The notes: generated from the sequence alone by a model not told the origin. Positions 41,249-50,744 are shown, counted from the stretch's first letter. The stretch is 64,000 nt of DNA from an uncultured Ruminococcus sp. (GCA_902779285.1 CACZAZ010000001.1:16460-80459); one strand, 5' to 3'. Translations and numbers: made by a program.

Positions 41249-42541
41249 ATGAACAGAACCGGCGAATCGAAACTTTCGCTCCGCGTCCTTTCCCTGCTTC
41301 TGTCGCTTTTGATGCTTCTTCCGCTCGCCGCCTGCACGCAGAAGACGGGCGAAGCGACGACGGCGGAGCTGACGACCGCGATCGAGACCGCCGCGGAAAC
41401 CACGGCGGCGGAAACGACCGAGGCGAGTCCGAAATACGAGATCCGGCTGAACGCTCCTGCAAGCACCGCGATCCACACGGAACTGCAAAAGACGTTCCTT
41501 TCGAGCGCCGACCCGCACGCGTTCGCGGACCTGCTGGGACCGGCGTACGCCGCGCGGTCGGTAAACTACGATACCGCCCCCGGCACGCTTGAACTCGGCC
41601 GCCCGGACCCGATCACCCTGACCTGGACGGTGCCCGCCGAAGCCGAGGGGCACGTTTCCGCGTATACCGTCCGCCTCTGGACCAAAGACGACAGATCCGA
41701 CGCAAAGGAGATCGCGGTCGCGTCGGACAAGACCGAATACGCCTTCTATAACGCGTTCATCCGCACGACCTACCTCTGGACGGTGACTCTGCTCGACGAC
41801 GAGGGCGAATCGACTACGTCGGACGTAGCCGTCTTTCAGACCGAGACGCAGGCGCCGCGCAACCTCTACGTCGACGGCATCACCAACGTCCGCGACCTCG
41901 GCGGCTGGACGACCATCGACGGCGGCAAGGTGCGGCAGGGGCTGCTCTATCGCGGCGCACGGCTGAACGAGAACTACTCTGACGAGATCCTGATCACCGA
42001 CGAGGGGATCAGAACGCTTCGCGACGAACTCGGGATCAAGACCGAGATCGATCTGCGCCAGACTCAGGCGGAGAACGGCAAGGACGAATCGGGCGAGATC
42101 ACCGTCTCCCCGCTCGGAAAGAGCGTGACCTATCTTCCCCGTCCGATGTATTTCGGCGACGCTCTGATCACGAACGCCAAGAACAAGCAGCGGGTCAAAG
42201 AGATTTTCGCCGTCCTCGCAGACGAATCCAACTATCCGATCTACTTCCATTGTTCGATCGGGACCGACCGCACGGGGTTGATCGCGTGGCTGGTCAACGG
42301 GCTCTGCGGCGTCGCCGAAAAGAATCTGTGGCGCGACTATCTGTTCTCCAACTTCGGTACGATCGGCGGAACGCGGACGCGGGAAAAGAACGAGGGCGTC
42401 TACGTCAATCAGATCAAGGCGAAAACCGGCGTAAACCTTGCGGAGAAGACCTACAACTTCTTAAAGGACTATTTCGGCGTGCCTGAAGCGGATCTGCAAG
42501 CCGTGATCCGGATCATGAAGGAAGCCCCGAACGCGCAGTAA
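41249..42541 (+). CDS. Lipoprotein with a C-terminal tyrosine-phosphatase-like (CX5R) domain
   Basis: The start is the ATG at 41249, which follows GGAGG. The lipobox is LAAC. HCSIGTDRTG is a CX5R P-loop (Y_phosphatase3-like). Confidence 0.7.
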   Translation: MNRTGESKLSLRVLSLLLSLLMLLPLAACTQKTGEATTAELTTAIETAAETTAAETTEASPKYEIRLNAPASTAIHTELQKTFLSSADPHAFADLLGPAYAARSVNYDTAPGTLELGRPDPITLTWTVPAEAEGHVSAYTVRLWTKDDRSDAKEIAVASDKTEYAFYNAFIRTTYLWTVTLLDDEGESTTSDVAVFQTETQAPRNLYVDGITNVRDLGGWTTIDGGKVRQGLLYRGARLNENYSDEILITDEGIRTLRDELGIKTEIDLRQTQAENGKDESGEITVSPLGKSVTYLPRPMYFGDALITNAKNKQRVKEIFAVLADESNYPIYFHCSIGTDRTGLIAWLVNGLCGVAEKNLWRDYLFSNFGTIGGTRTREKNEGVYVNQIKAKTGVNLAEKTYNFLKDYFGVPEADLQAVIRIMKEAPNAQ

Positions 42542-42616
42542 TACGGAAAAATTTCAAAGCGCCCCCGGTCAAGCGGAAGGGCACTTTTGTAAAACGAAAT
42601 ACGAAAGGAAATCCCT

Positions 42617-43363
42617 ATGCTTCTTTACTATATCCGCCACGGAGAGCCGACCTACGACCCCGACGAACTGACCCCGAACGGCAGACGGCAGGCGGAGGCG
42701 ATCGCGCGGCGGCTGGCAAGATTCGGGGTCGATAAGATCTTCTCGTCCTCCTCGATCCGCGCGCAGCAGACCGCCCGCCCGACGGCGGAACTGACCCGGC
42801 GCGAGGTGGTGACGCTCGATTGGTGTCACGAGGACTACGCGAAAGCCGAAATGATGCTCCCGTCGAACGGGGACCCCACCGGGAACTCGCCCTCGGGCGG
42901 CGGCAAGCGGCGCTGGTGCTTCTATATCCCCGAGATCGTCCGGATGATGAACTCCCGCGAGGTCAGGGCGCTCGACGACAAGTGGTACGACTATCCCGGC
43001 TTCCCGCCCAACCGATTCAAGGAGGGCGTTCTCCGCGTAGACCGGGAGGTCGACAGGTGGCTGGAATCGCTCGGGTATAAACACGACCGCGAGCGCCGGT
43101 GCTTTCTCCCCGTCAACCCGACCGAGGAGAAGATCGCGCTCTTCGCGCACCACGGATTCGGGATGCTCTTCTTCTCGTCGGTGCTCGATATTCCCTATCC
43201 CCTGTTCGCCACCCGCTTCGACCAGTCGTTTACCGGGCTCTCGGTCATCCATTTCTACGAGGAGGACGGTATGGTGTTCCCGCGGATGCTGGAACTGTCG
43301 AACGACGGGCATCTTTATAAGAGCGACCTGCCGACGAAGTACAACTATTTCCTTGATTTTTGA
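42617..43363 (+). CDS. Histidine phosphatase (phosphoglycerate-mutase-like) family protein
   Basis: MLLYYIRHGEP carries the RHG motif. 248 aa. Confidence 0.8.
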   Translation: MLLYYIRHGEPTYDPDELTPNGRRQAEAIARRLARFGVDKIFSSSSIRAQQTARPTAELTRREVVTLDWCHEDYAKAEMMLPSNGDPTGNSPSGGGKRRWCFYIPEIVRMMNSREVRALDDKWYDYPGFPPNRFKEGVLRVDREVDRWLESLGYKHDRERRCFLPVNPTEEKIALFAHHGFGMLFFSSVLDIPYPLFATRFDQSFTGLSVIHFYEEDGMVFPRMLELSNDGHLYKSDLPTKYNYFLDF

Positions 43364-43667
43364 CGCACGGATGCGGCACAGACCGAAAAACGAAAAGATA
43401 ACGCGACGTCCTTCGGTGCTTTCTTCTTTGTACAGACTTTTCGCAAAACAAATCGCAATTAAGGTTGAAAACCGCCCTTCGGGACGGTTTTCTTCTTTTT
43501 GTTAAAATTCGTTTTTCTATCCGCGTTTGCGACCGCTTGCAGTACGATTGTACAGCGTCGGGTCGCAAGCGCGAATTCCGCGCTCGCCTGCGCGCGCCAA
43601 GGGAGCAATAGCCGGCGCGGGAGCGGAGAGCAAATAAACCGTGAGCAAAGCAAACGGAAAAAGAAAC

Positions 43668-43815
43668 GGCTATAGAACCGCAAAACACCGAGAGTCGAAA
43701 GGGCTCGGCGTTTTGCTCTTCAATAATATCCCATTATTGAAGTTCTTTGCCGCGCTTCCCTTACCACGCCCGCGCGGGGGATGTGGTCGTGCCCCGAAAG
43801 AAAGCGCGCGCCCCC
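43668..43815 (+). repeat. Three-hairpin intergenic repeat, copy C
   Basis: GGCTATAGAACCGCAAAAC...GTTTTGC / CAATAATATCCCATTATTGAAGTTCTTTGCC / CCACGCCCGCGCGGGGGATG.GG.CG.GCCCCGAAAGAAAG. It aligns to the reverse complement of copy E along its full length. Confidence 0.85.
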
Positions 43816-43834
43816 CTTTCCCCGCCCGCGGCGC

Positions 43835-43864
43835 TTGACAGCGCGGGCGGGGGCGTGATATACT
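43835..43864 (+). promoter_or_regulatory. sigmaA-type promoter for the paralogous membrane-protein pair
   Basis: TTGACA-18 nt-TGaTATACT. Confidence 0.55.
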
Positions 43865-43900
43865 GATGTTAGAATTTTGTAAAATCGACGGGAGGACAAA

Positions 43901-45082
43901 GTGAAACCGTTTTTCGGGATCGATATTACGGACGATAAGAAGAACGAAACGATGAACGCCGCGCCGTTTATCGTTCAAAAGCCGTCCGCCGCGTCGGCGT
44001 GGAAGATCGAGCAGGAGACCGACGAGATCGTCTCCCGGATGAAAGCGCACTTCAAACACGCCGGAAAACGCGCAAGAAAAAGCGTCGCTCTGCTCTTGTG
44101 CGCGGCGTTTTTCGGTCTTTTGGCGCTCTTTGCGGTCAACGTTGCCGTCGACGTCACCTTTGCTTTGAAAAAAGTCTCTGTCAGTCTGCTGTGTTGGGGC
44201 GCGGCGGCGGTCATGACGGGTATCGCCTTGCTTTTCGGGATCCTCTCCCGCAGAGCGGAACGCACCGCGGAACTTGAAGACGACAAGCCCGAACACGGCG
44301 CACGGAAAGGCGATCCCCTCTTGCGCGCGGTGTTTTTCGGTCTATTGGCGCTCTTTGCGGTCGTCGTTGCCGACGCGATCACCTTTGATTTGAAAAAGGT
44401 CCCTTTCGGTCTGCTGTGTTGGGGCGCGGCGGCGGTCTTGTTTGGGGTCGCCGTCTTTTTCGGGGTCCGCTCCTATAAAGCGGACTGCGCCGCGGAACAG
44501 GCGGACGACGAACCCGAAAACGACGACCGGGAAGACGAGGACGACCTTCCGCCGTCCGCCACCGCGAGCGAGATCCTTGCGGAGCTGGGCGTTCCCAAAA
44601 CGGCGAGATCGGTCGACGTGATCGGCTTTGACTACCGCGAAAAGAAAGGCAGGATCTCTCCGCGCGGGCGGGAGGGCGTCGGCTTCGGAACGGTTTACGA
44701 CTGCTACACGTTCAAAGGGTACGTCAAGGACAAAAACCTTTGTTTCGCCTGCACCGACGAAGGGATTTTCGCCGTGCCGCTTTCCGAGTTGAAAGCGATC
44801 CGGACGGTCCGGAAAAAGATCCTTTTGCCCGATTGGACGAAGGGGAAACCGCTCACGCACGAGCAATACAAGCCGTATATGCTCAAAATGGTCAGAGGCG
44901 GCGTTCTCGAGAATCTCCGCGTCGGTTGGTACCACGTCCTCGAGTTCGTACACAAAGGCGAAACGTGGGGGATCTGGTTTCCGAACTACGAACTTCCGGT
45001 GTTTGAAAAACTCACGGGGCTGAAAGCCGACGAGCAGAACACGGATTGTAAAGAATTATTTACATCCGATCCGGCCGTTTGA
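43901..45082 (+). CDS. Membrane protein of unknown function, paralog 1 (carries an internal 75-aa tandem duplication)
   Basis: GTG start after GGGAGGA. The N-terminus MKPFFGIDITDDKKNE and the C-terminus WYHVLEFVHKGETWGIWFPNYELPVFEKLTGLKADE match paralog 2. The TM-hairpin module is duplicated, with copies starting at 44101 and 44326. Confidence 0.7.
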   Translation: MKPFFGIDITDDKKNETMNAAPFIVQKPSAASAWKIEQETDEIVSRMKAHFKHAGKRARKSVALLLCAAFFGLLALFAVNVAVDVTFALKKVSVSLLCWGAAAVMTGIALLFGILSRRAERTAELEDDKPEHGARKGDPLLRAVFFGLLALFAVVVADAITFDLKKVPFGLLCWGAAAVLFGVAVFFGVRSYKADCAAEQADDEPENDDREDEDDLPPSATASEILAELGVPKTARSVDVIGFDYREKKGRISPRGREGVGFGTVYDCYTFKGYVKDKNLCFACTDEGIFAVPLSELKAIRTVRKKILLPDWTKGKPLTHEQYKPYMLKMVRGGVLENLRVGWYHVLEFVHKGETWGIWFPNYELPVFEKLTGLKADEQNTDCKELFTSDPAV

Positions 45083-45101
45083 AACAGAAAGGAGACGCGA
45101 T

Positions 45102-45986
45102 ATGAAACCGCTTTTTGCGATTGACCTGACCGAAAACAAGAAGAATCAAGAACAGAACGGCGAGGAGTTTCTCGTTCAGGCGCCGTCCTCGCTGCTCGCG
45201 GGGAAGTTGGAGTCTGCGAACGATTCGGTGCAGGAAACGATCCAAAGGAGCCGGCTGCCGCTTGCGCTGCAGATCCTGAGGATTCTGTGCGGCTACTTTG
45301 CAGCGCTGCTTGTCGCCATCCTCGTTTGTGTTGTCGTGCAGGTCGGCTGGGCGGCGGCGTACGCCCGAAGCGCGTGGGCGTTCTGGTGCGCGGGCGGATG
45401 CGCGTTAGTGTGGATCGTGCTGCTGGCGGCAGGCAAAAAGAGAGAACGGGAAGCGCTCCTGGACGGGGACGCGGAAGATCGGTTGTCTGTTCTTTCTTCG
45501 TCCGTCGAGTCAATTTATGCCGAGTTGGGCGTCCCCGAAACTGCGAAAGAGGTCGACGTCCTGCTTTTTCGCTATCGCGTCAAAAAAGGCGAACCGCGTC
45601 CGCTGCCGAGAAACGCGCTGAACCCGGTGCAATACGCGATCCGCGCTCCTAAAACGTACGTCGAGGACGACTGCCTCGTCTTGACGTGGCTGGAGGGGAA
45701 ATACGCCTTCCCGCGCTCCGCGATGAAGGCGATCCGGACGGTTCGGCGGCGGATCGCGTTCGCCGGCTGGTGCAAGGACTTGCCGCCGACCGACAAGTCG
45801 TTTAAACCCTTCCTTTCGGGGATTGATCGAGACGGCTATGTTCGTTGCAAGTGGTATCACGTCCTCGAGATCGAAGCAAACGGCGAAACGTGGGGGCTGT
45901 ATTTTCCGAACTACGAACTGTCGGTGATCGAGGAACTGACCGGACTGAAAGCGGAAGAGGACGTGCTTCGTGGGGCGGCGCGGTGA
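45102..45986 (+). CDS. Membrane protein of unknown function, paralog 2
   Basis: MKPLFAIDLTENKKNQ...WYHVLEIEANGETWGLYFPNYELSVIEELTGLKAEE. The SD is AAAGGAG. Confidence 0.7.
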   Translation: MKPLFAIDLTENKKNQEQNGEEFLVQAPSSLLAGKLESANDSVQETIQRSRLPLALQILRILCGYFAALLVAILVCVVVQVGWAAAYARSAWAFWCAGGCALVWIVLLAAGKKREREALLDGDAEDRLSVLSSSVESIYAELGVPETAKEVDVLLFRYRVKKGEPRPLPRNALNPVQYAIRAPKTYVEDDCLVLTWLEGKYAFPRSAMKAIRTVRRRIAFAGWCKDLPPTDKSFKPFLSGIDRDGYVRCKWYHVLEIEANGETWGLYFPNYELSVIEELTGLKAEEDVLRGAAR

Positions 45987-46108
45987 TCTGTTGCGCGAGA
46001 CGAACGCAGCGCCCCGCGCTCTGCAAAACCTTTACGAATCGCGCAAGCGGCAGGTGACGGCGTCCCCCGCGTCCCGAACAACAAAAGAGAGGGCGACCGC
46101 GCGGCAAA

Positions 46109-46252
46109 GATTACAGAACCGCAAAACGGCGAGAGTCCGAAGGGGCTCGCCGTTTTGTTTTGTTATATTTTTAGAGTTCTTTGCCAAGCTTTCAACACCG
46201 CGCCCGCGCGTGGGGATGCGGGCGCGCCCGAAAGAAAGTGGAAAAGCTCTCG
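46109..46252 (+). repeat. Three-hairpin intergenic repeat, copy D
   Basis: GATTACAGAACCGCAAAACGGCGAGAGTCCGAAGGGGCTCGCCGTTTTG...GAGTTCTTTGCCAAGCTTTC..CGCGCCCGCGCGTGGGGATGCGGGCGCGCCCGAAAGAAAGTGGAAAAGCTCTCG. It has the same orientation as copy C and abuts the gerA-family stop codon. Confidence 0.85.
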
Positions 46253-47698
46253 TCACCGTCCTCCGCGGGGGCGTTTGGCGGTCGGCATTTTGCTTTTCGG
46301 GAGACGGAAAAAGAGGGAAAGCAGCGCTCTGCCGTTGAACGGGATCAGGGGATAGAGGTAGCTGCGCCCGCCGTCGACCGTGGCGTTGGTGACGAGCAGG
46401 ACGGGGATGAGGGCGATCCCGACGACGAAACCCATCCACGAAAAGAGCGCGGTCAGGGACATGATCGCGAGCCGCAGGAACTTAAAGGCGTATCCGAGTT
46501 CGTGATTCTGCTGCGTGAATCCGGCGACCGCGACGATCGCCATATAGAAGATCACTTCGCCCGAGAGCCACCCGACCTTGACGGCGAGATCCCCGAGCAC
46601 CAGCCCGCCGACCACGCTCATCGAATTGGCGAGCAGGTCGGGGGTATTCATACTCGCGAGTTTCAGACCGTCGACGGCGAACTCGACGAGAAAGAGCTGC
46701 AAGAGGATCGGGAAATGCCCCGGCTCGCTTGGGACGAGGAACGAGAGCGCGTCGGGGAGCAGCCACGGGCAGGTCACGAACAGATACCAGAGCGGCGTCA
46801 GCACCAGCGACAGAAGAAAGGTCAGCATCCGGACGAAGCGGAGGTAGGACCCGGTCAGAGGCGGGAGATAAAAGTCCTGCGACTCCTGCAGGAAATCGAA
46901 GATCCCGGTCGGCAGGATCATCGCCTGCGGGGAGGTATCGCAGAGCAGGATCACGCTCCCCTCCGAGAGATGCGCCGCGGCGCAGTCGGGGCGCTCGGTG
47001 GCGCGTATCTTCGGGAACGGATTGAACCACCGCCGCGGGATCAGAAGTTCCGCCAGACTTTCGTAACCGAGCGTCAGGGAATCCGGGCGCAGGGAGGAAA
47101 GGCGCTTCGTCAGGCGGGCAAGGAACGCGGGGTCGGCGCGTCCCTCGATATAGAGTATCGCGCAGTCGGTCCGCGCGCGCCCGCCGAGATTCAGACGCTT
47201 TACCCTGAGATCCGGATCGCGGATCCTGCGGCGGATCAGGGCGACGTTTGGGAGCAGGGTCTCGACGAATCCGTCCCGCGCCCCCTGCATCACGCGGTCG
47301 CTCTGCGGCTCGTCGGTCGAACGGGCGGGATAGGAGCGCGCGTCGATCAGGATCGCCCGGTCCCCGAAACCGCTGCCGAGAACGACCGTCACGCCCGAGA
47401 GCGCCGCCGTGACCAAACGCTCGACGTCGGACGAGATCTCCACGTTGACGTGGGGGACCCCCGATTTGAGAAAGTCCTCCGCCGTCATCCCCCGGGGACC
47501 CTCCGGGGGGCGTTCGAGAAAGAACTGCAAAACGCGCTGGATCAGCCCGTCCTTGATCAGCCCGTCCGCGAAAAAGAGGGTCAGTTCGTTTTCCCCCGCC
47601 GAGAGCCGCCGCGCGACCAGGTCGAAGCTTTCTCCGACGGCGAGCAGATCCGAGAGGGCGCGCACGTTTTCGGTGTAGTTTTCGGACAGCCGCTCCAT
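46253..47698 (-). CDS. GerA-family spore germination protein (GerAA/SpoVAF-like)
   Basis: The start was moved to the ATG at 47698, which follows GAGGAGG. MERLSENYTENVRALSDLL...FFADGLIKDG is followed by a C-terminal multi-TM region. Confidence 0.8.
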   Translation of the reverse strand: MERLSENYTENVRALSDLLAVGESFDLVARRLSAGENELTLFFADGLIKDGLIQRVLQFFLERPPEGPRGMTAEDFLKSGVPHVNVEISSDVERLVTAALSGVTVVLGSGFGDRAILIDARSYPARSTDEPQSDRVMQGARDGFVETLLPNVALIRRRIRDPDLRVKRLNLGGRARTDCAILYIEGRADPAFLARLTKRLSSLRPDSLTLGYESLAELLIPRRWFNPFPKIRATERPDCAAAHLSEGSVILLCDTSPQAMILPTGIFDFLQESQDFYLPPLTGSYLRFVRMLTFLLSLVLTPLWYLFVTCPWLLPDALSFLVPSEPGHFPILLQLFLVEFAVDGLKLASMNTPDLLANSMSVVGGLVLGDLAVKVGWLSGEVIFYMAIVAVAGFTQQNHELGYAFKFLRLAIMSLTALFSWMGFVVGIALIPVLLVTNATVDGGRSYLYPLIPFNGRALLSLFFRLPKSKMPTAKRPRGGR

Positions 47699-47783
47699 TT
47701 CGTCCTCCTCGCGTTGATTGCGGGTAGTATGCCCCGCGCCGCCGCCGCGATACGGGAGCGCGTATACAAAATGAAAAAACCGC

Positions 47784-47812
47784 TTGACTTTCGCGGATCC
47801 GCGTGCTATAAT
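47784..47812 (+). promoter_or_regulatory. sigmaA-type promoter of the thrS leader
   Basis: TTGACT-17 nt-TATAAT. Confidence 0.7.
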
Positions 47813-47814
47813 CT

Positions 47815-48075
47815 TCGTATCAAAGGCAAAGACGGAGAAGAGTAACCGAAAAGCCCCGGAAAGAGAAGGACCTCCCGGCTGAAAGGGTCCGACGCGGGCG
47901 AACCGGCGAAGACCGCTCCCGAGCCGCGTCCCGAAACCGCGAAAACCGAGAGTAAGGATCGCCGGAAGCCCACCGTTACGGGGCGGCGCGAGAGCGCGTG
48001 AGAGAAAAATCAAGGTGGAACCGTGCGGAAAGCACCCTTGGGCGGAGAGATCCGATCCCGGGGGGTTTTTGTTTT
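47815..48075 (+). promoter_or_regulatory. T-box riboswitch leader (probable Thr specifier ACC) with terminator
   Basis: The T-box core AAATCAAGGTGGAACCGTGCGG lies at ~48008-48029. Stem I AGAGA/GAA elements are present. The candidate specifier is GAAG-ACC-G near 47908-47915. An imperfect hairpin with GGGGGGTTTTTGTTTT lies at 48035-48075. Confidence 0.75.
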
Positions 48076-48129
48076 CCCGGGGCATTGATCCGCCGAAAAA
48101 ACCGAACACGATCCGAAAGGAGAAAAGCA

Positions 48130-49896
48130 ATGAAAGTCATTTACAGCAACGGAACGGTGGGCGAATGCGCGCCCGAGGAGGAACTTCACATCCTCCGTCA
48201 CACCGCCGCGCACATCATGGCGCAGGCGATCAAGCGGCTCTGGCCCGAGGCGAAGTTCGCGTACGGACCCGCGACCGAAAAGGGGTTTTACTACGACGTC
48301 GATCTCGGGGAGATCAAACTGACCGACGAGGACCTCTCGAAGATCGAAGCCGAAATGAAGAAGATCACCAAAGAGAATCTTCCCCTGAAATCGTATATCC
48401 TCCCGCGCGACGAGGCGATCGCCCTGATGCGTGACCGCGGCGAGATCTACAAGGTCGAGCATATCGGCGATCTTGCCGAGGACGCGGAGATCAGTTTCTT
48501 CCAGCAGGGCGACTACGTCGATATGTGCGTCGGTCCTCATCTGACTTACACCAAGGCGCTCAAGGCGTTCAAGATCATGGGTCAGTCGGGCGCGTACTGG
48601 AAGAACGACAAGGACAACAAGATGCTGACCCGTATCAACGGGACGGCGTTCAAGACCCAGGAGGAACTCGACGCGTACCTCAAACTGCTGGAGGAGGCGG
48701 AGCGGCGCGACCACCGCCGGATCGGGCGCGAGATGGGTCTGTTCATGCTCTGCGACGAGGCGCCGGGCTTCCCGTTCTTCCTCCCGAAGGGCGTGCTGCT
48801 GAAAAACGCCTTGATGGAATACTGGCGCGAACTGCACGTGCGGGAAAACTACGTCGAGATCCAGACTCCCCTGATCATGAGCCGCACGCTCTGGGAGACC
48901 AGCGGACATTGGGATCACTATAAAGACAATATGTACTCCACCACGATCGACGACGAGACCTTCTGCGTCAAGCCGATGAACTGCCCCGGCAGCGTTCTGG
49001 TCTACCGCAGCCAGCCGCACAGTTACCGGGATCTGCCGCTGCGTCTCGCGGAGCCGGGGATCGTTCACCGGCACGAACTGCGCGGGGCGCTCCACGGACT
49101 CTTCCGCGTCCGCTGCTTCACGCAGGACGACGCCCACATCTACATCCGCCGCGAGCAGATCCGCGACGAGATCGTTTCGGTCGTGCATCTGATCAACGAG
49201 GTCTACTCCAAGTTCGGCTTCAAGTATTTCATCGAACTGTCGACCCGCCCCGAGAACAGCATGGGCTCCGACGAGGACTGGGAGGCGGCGACCGAAGGGC
49301 TGAAAAACGCGCTCGAATCGCTCGGACTTTCCTATATCATCAACGAGGGCGACGGCGCGTTCTACGGACCGAAGATCGACTTCCATCTCGAGGACTCGCT
49401 CGGACGGACCTGGCAATGCGGGACCATCCAGCTCGACTTCCAGATGCCGCAGAACTTCGAACTCGAGTATATCGACGAGAAGGGCGAGCGTCAGCGGCCG
49501 ATCATGATCCACCGGGTGGTGTACGGCTCGATCGAACGCTTCATCGGCATTCTGACCGAGCATTTCGCCGGCAAATTCCCGGTCTGGCTCGCGCCGACCC
49601 AGGCGAAGGTGCTGCTGGTCTCCGAAAAGTGCGCCGAATACGGGCATAAGGTCTACGAGGCGCTCCGGGCGGCGAAAGTGCGCGTCGAGATCGACGAACG
49701 CAACGAAAAGATCGGCTATATGATCCGCGAGGCGCAGGTGGTCGACCGCGTGCCGTATATGGTGATCGTCGGACAGAAGGAAGCCGAGGAGGGTACCGTC
49801 TCGATCCGGAGCCGCGACACGGGCGAGACCGTGACCATGAAACTCGACGAGTTCCTTGCGAAGATCGATCGCGAGATCAAAGACCGCGTGATGTGA
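48130..49896 (+). CDS. thrS: Threonine--tRNA ligase (short N-terminus)
   Basis: The start was moved to the ATG at 48130, which follows AAAGGAG. The editing-domain motif HILRHTAAHIMAQA and class II catalytic motifs are present. 588 aa. Confidence 0.93.
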   Translation: MKVIYSNGTVGECAPEEELHILRHTAAHIMAQAIKRLWPEAKFAYGPATEKGFYYDVDLGEIKLTDEDLSKIEAEMKKITKENLPLKSYILPRDEAIALMRDRGEIYKVEHIGDLAEDAEISFFQQGDYVDMCVGPHLTYTKALKAFKIMGQSGAYWKNDKDNKMLTRINGTAFKTQEELDAYLKLLEEAERRDHRRIGREMGLFMLCDEAPGFPFFLPKGVLLKNALMEYWRELHVRENYVEIQTPLIMSRTLWETSGHWDHYKDNMYSTTIDDETFCVKPMNCPGSVLVYRSQPHSYRDLPLRLAEPGIVHRHELRGALHGLFRVRCFTQDDAHIYIRREQIRDEIVSVVHLINEVYSKFGFKYFIELSTRPENSMGSDEDWEAATEGLKNALESLGLSYIINEGDGAFYGPKIDFHLEDSLGRTWQCGTIQLDFQMPQNFELEYIDEKGERQRPIMIHRVVYGSIERFIGILTEHFAGKFPVWLAPTQAKVLLVSEKCAEYGHKVYEALRAAKVRVEIDERNEKIGYMIREAQVVDRVPYMVIVGQKEAEEGTVSIRSRDTGETVTMKLDEFLAKIDREIKDRVM

Positions 49897-49913
49897 TCCT
49901 TCCCAAACCAACC

Positions 49914-49946
49914 GCGGCGCCGGAGCAATCCGGCGCCGTTTTTGTT
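49914..49946 (+). terminator. Rho-independent terminator of thrS
   Basis: GGCGCCGG-AGCAAT-CCGGCGCC followed by GTTTTTGTT. Confidence 0.8.
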
Positions 49947-49959
49947 CCGTGGGACAGAG

Positions 49960-49988
49960 TTGACATTTCTTTCGTTGCGTGATATACT
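49960..49988 (+). promoter_or_regulatory. sigmaA-type promoter
   Basis: TTGACA-17 nt-TATACT, upstream of the lipoprotein gene at 50048. Confidence 0.6.
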
Positions 49989-50047
49989 GAAAACGGAGAG
50001 CGGAAGGGATCCGCTCCGGGGCAAAACCGCAGAAAGCAAGGGTACAA

Positions 50048-50503
50048 ATGAAAAAGATCGTTTCTCTCTTGGCGGCGCTTGCGCTCCTTTTGGGGCTTCT
50101 CTGTTTTGCCGCCTGCTCCCCGTCCGGCGAAAAGGAAGCCGCGTGGGAAATCGACGAATTCGAGCCCGCCGTCGCGAGCGACGAGATCGAACGATACGTG
50201 GTGCGAAACGAGTATTTCGTGCGGCTCGTTCTGCCCGCGACGGGGGAATACGCGGAGGTCTACGATCCGGCGCGGCCCTATCTCGACACGATCGACCTTG
50301 ACGCGCTGCGGGCGACCGAAACGCGGCTGACCGACCGCATCCCGCAGAACGAAAAGGGGCACGCGTTCTACGTCGCGTACAAGGACGGCGGGATGATCCT
50401 CGGCGCGGAGGTGATCGTTCCGCTCAACCCGCCGAAGGACGCGGGCGGCGGCTGTGGGATCGACCACGACCACGTTTTCCTGGAAGAACCGATCCGAAAG
50501 TAA
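50048..50503 (+). CDS. Small lipoprotein, unknown function
   Basis: MKKIVSLLAALALLLGLLCFAACS is a signal peptide with a lipobox. 151 aa. Confidence 0.65.
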   Translation: MKKIVSLLAALALLLGLLCFAACSPSGEKEAAWEIDEFEPAVASDEIERYVVRNEYFVRLVLPATGEYAEVYDPARPYLDTIDLDALRATETRLTDRIPQNEKGHAFYVAYKDGGMILGAEVIVPLNPPKDAGGGCGIDHDHVFLEEPIRK

Positions 50504-50520
50504 AGACCCGACCCCATCAA

Positions 50521-50549
50521 ACCGCCCCGCGAAAACGGGGCGGTTTTTC
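50521..50549 (+). terminator. Rho-independent terminator
   Basis: ACCGCCCCG-CGAAAA-CGGGGCGGT followed by TTTT. Confidence 0.75.
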
Positions 50550-50744
50550 GGTCGCAAAAAGAAAGCCGCTTCGACCTCTCATATCAAAAAACACCTCCCG
50601 GGGAGGCGTTTTTGTGTTTTTTCGGGGAAACCCCCTTGAAAAACCGTCCTTTCCCCCGCCTCCAAGCGGCAGAAACCGACCGCCGCCGGGTGCTATAATG
50701 GCGCAGGACCCGGGAAACCGGGGGTGAAAGGACGGAAAAAACAA

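Noticed and set aside
48056-48082. CCCGGG...CCCGGG palindromic hairpin considered as the T-box terminator
   Set aside because: The U-run lies inside its loop rather than after the stem. The alternative imperfect hairpin ending in GGGGGGTTTTTGTTTT (48035-48075) fits an intrinsic terminator better. Neither can be confirmed by eye.
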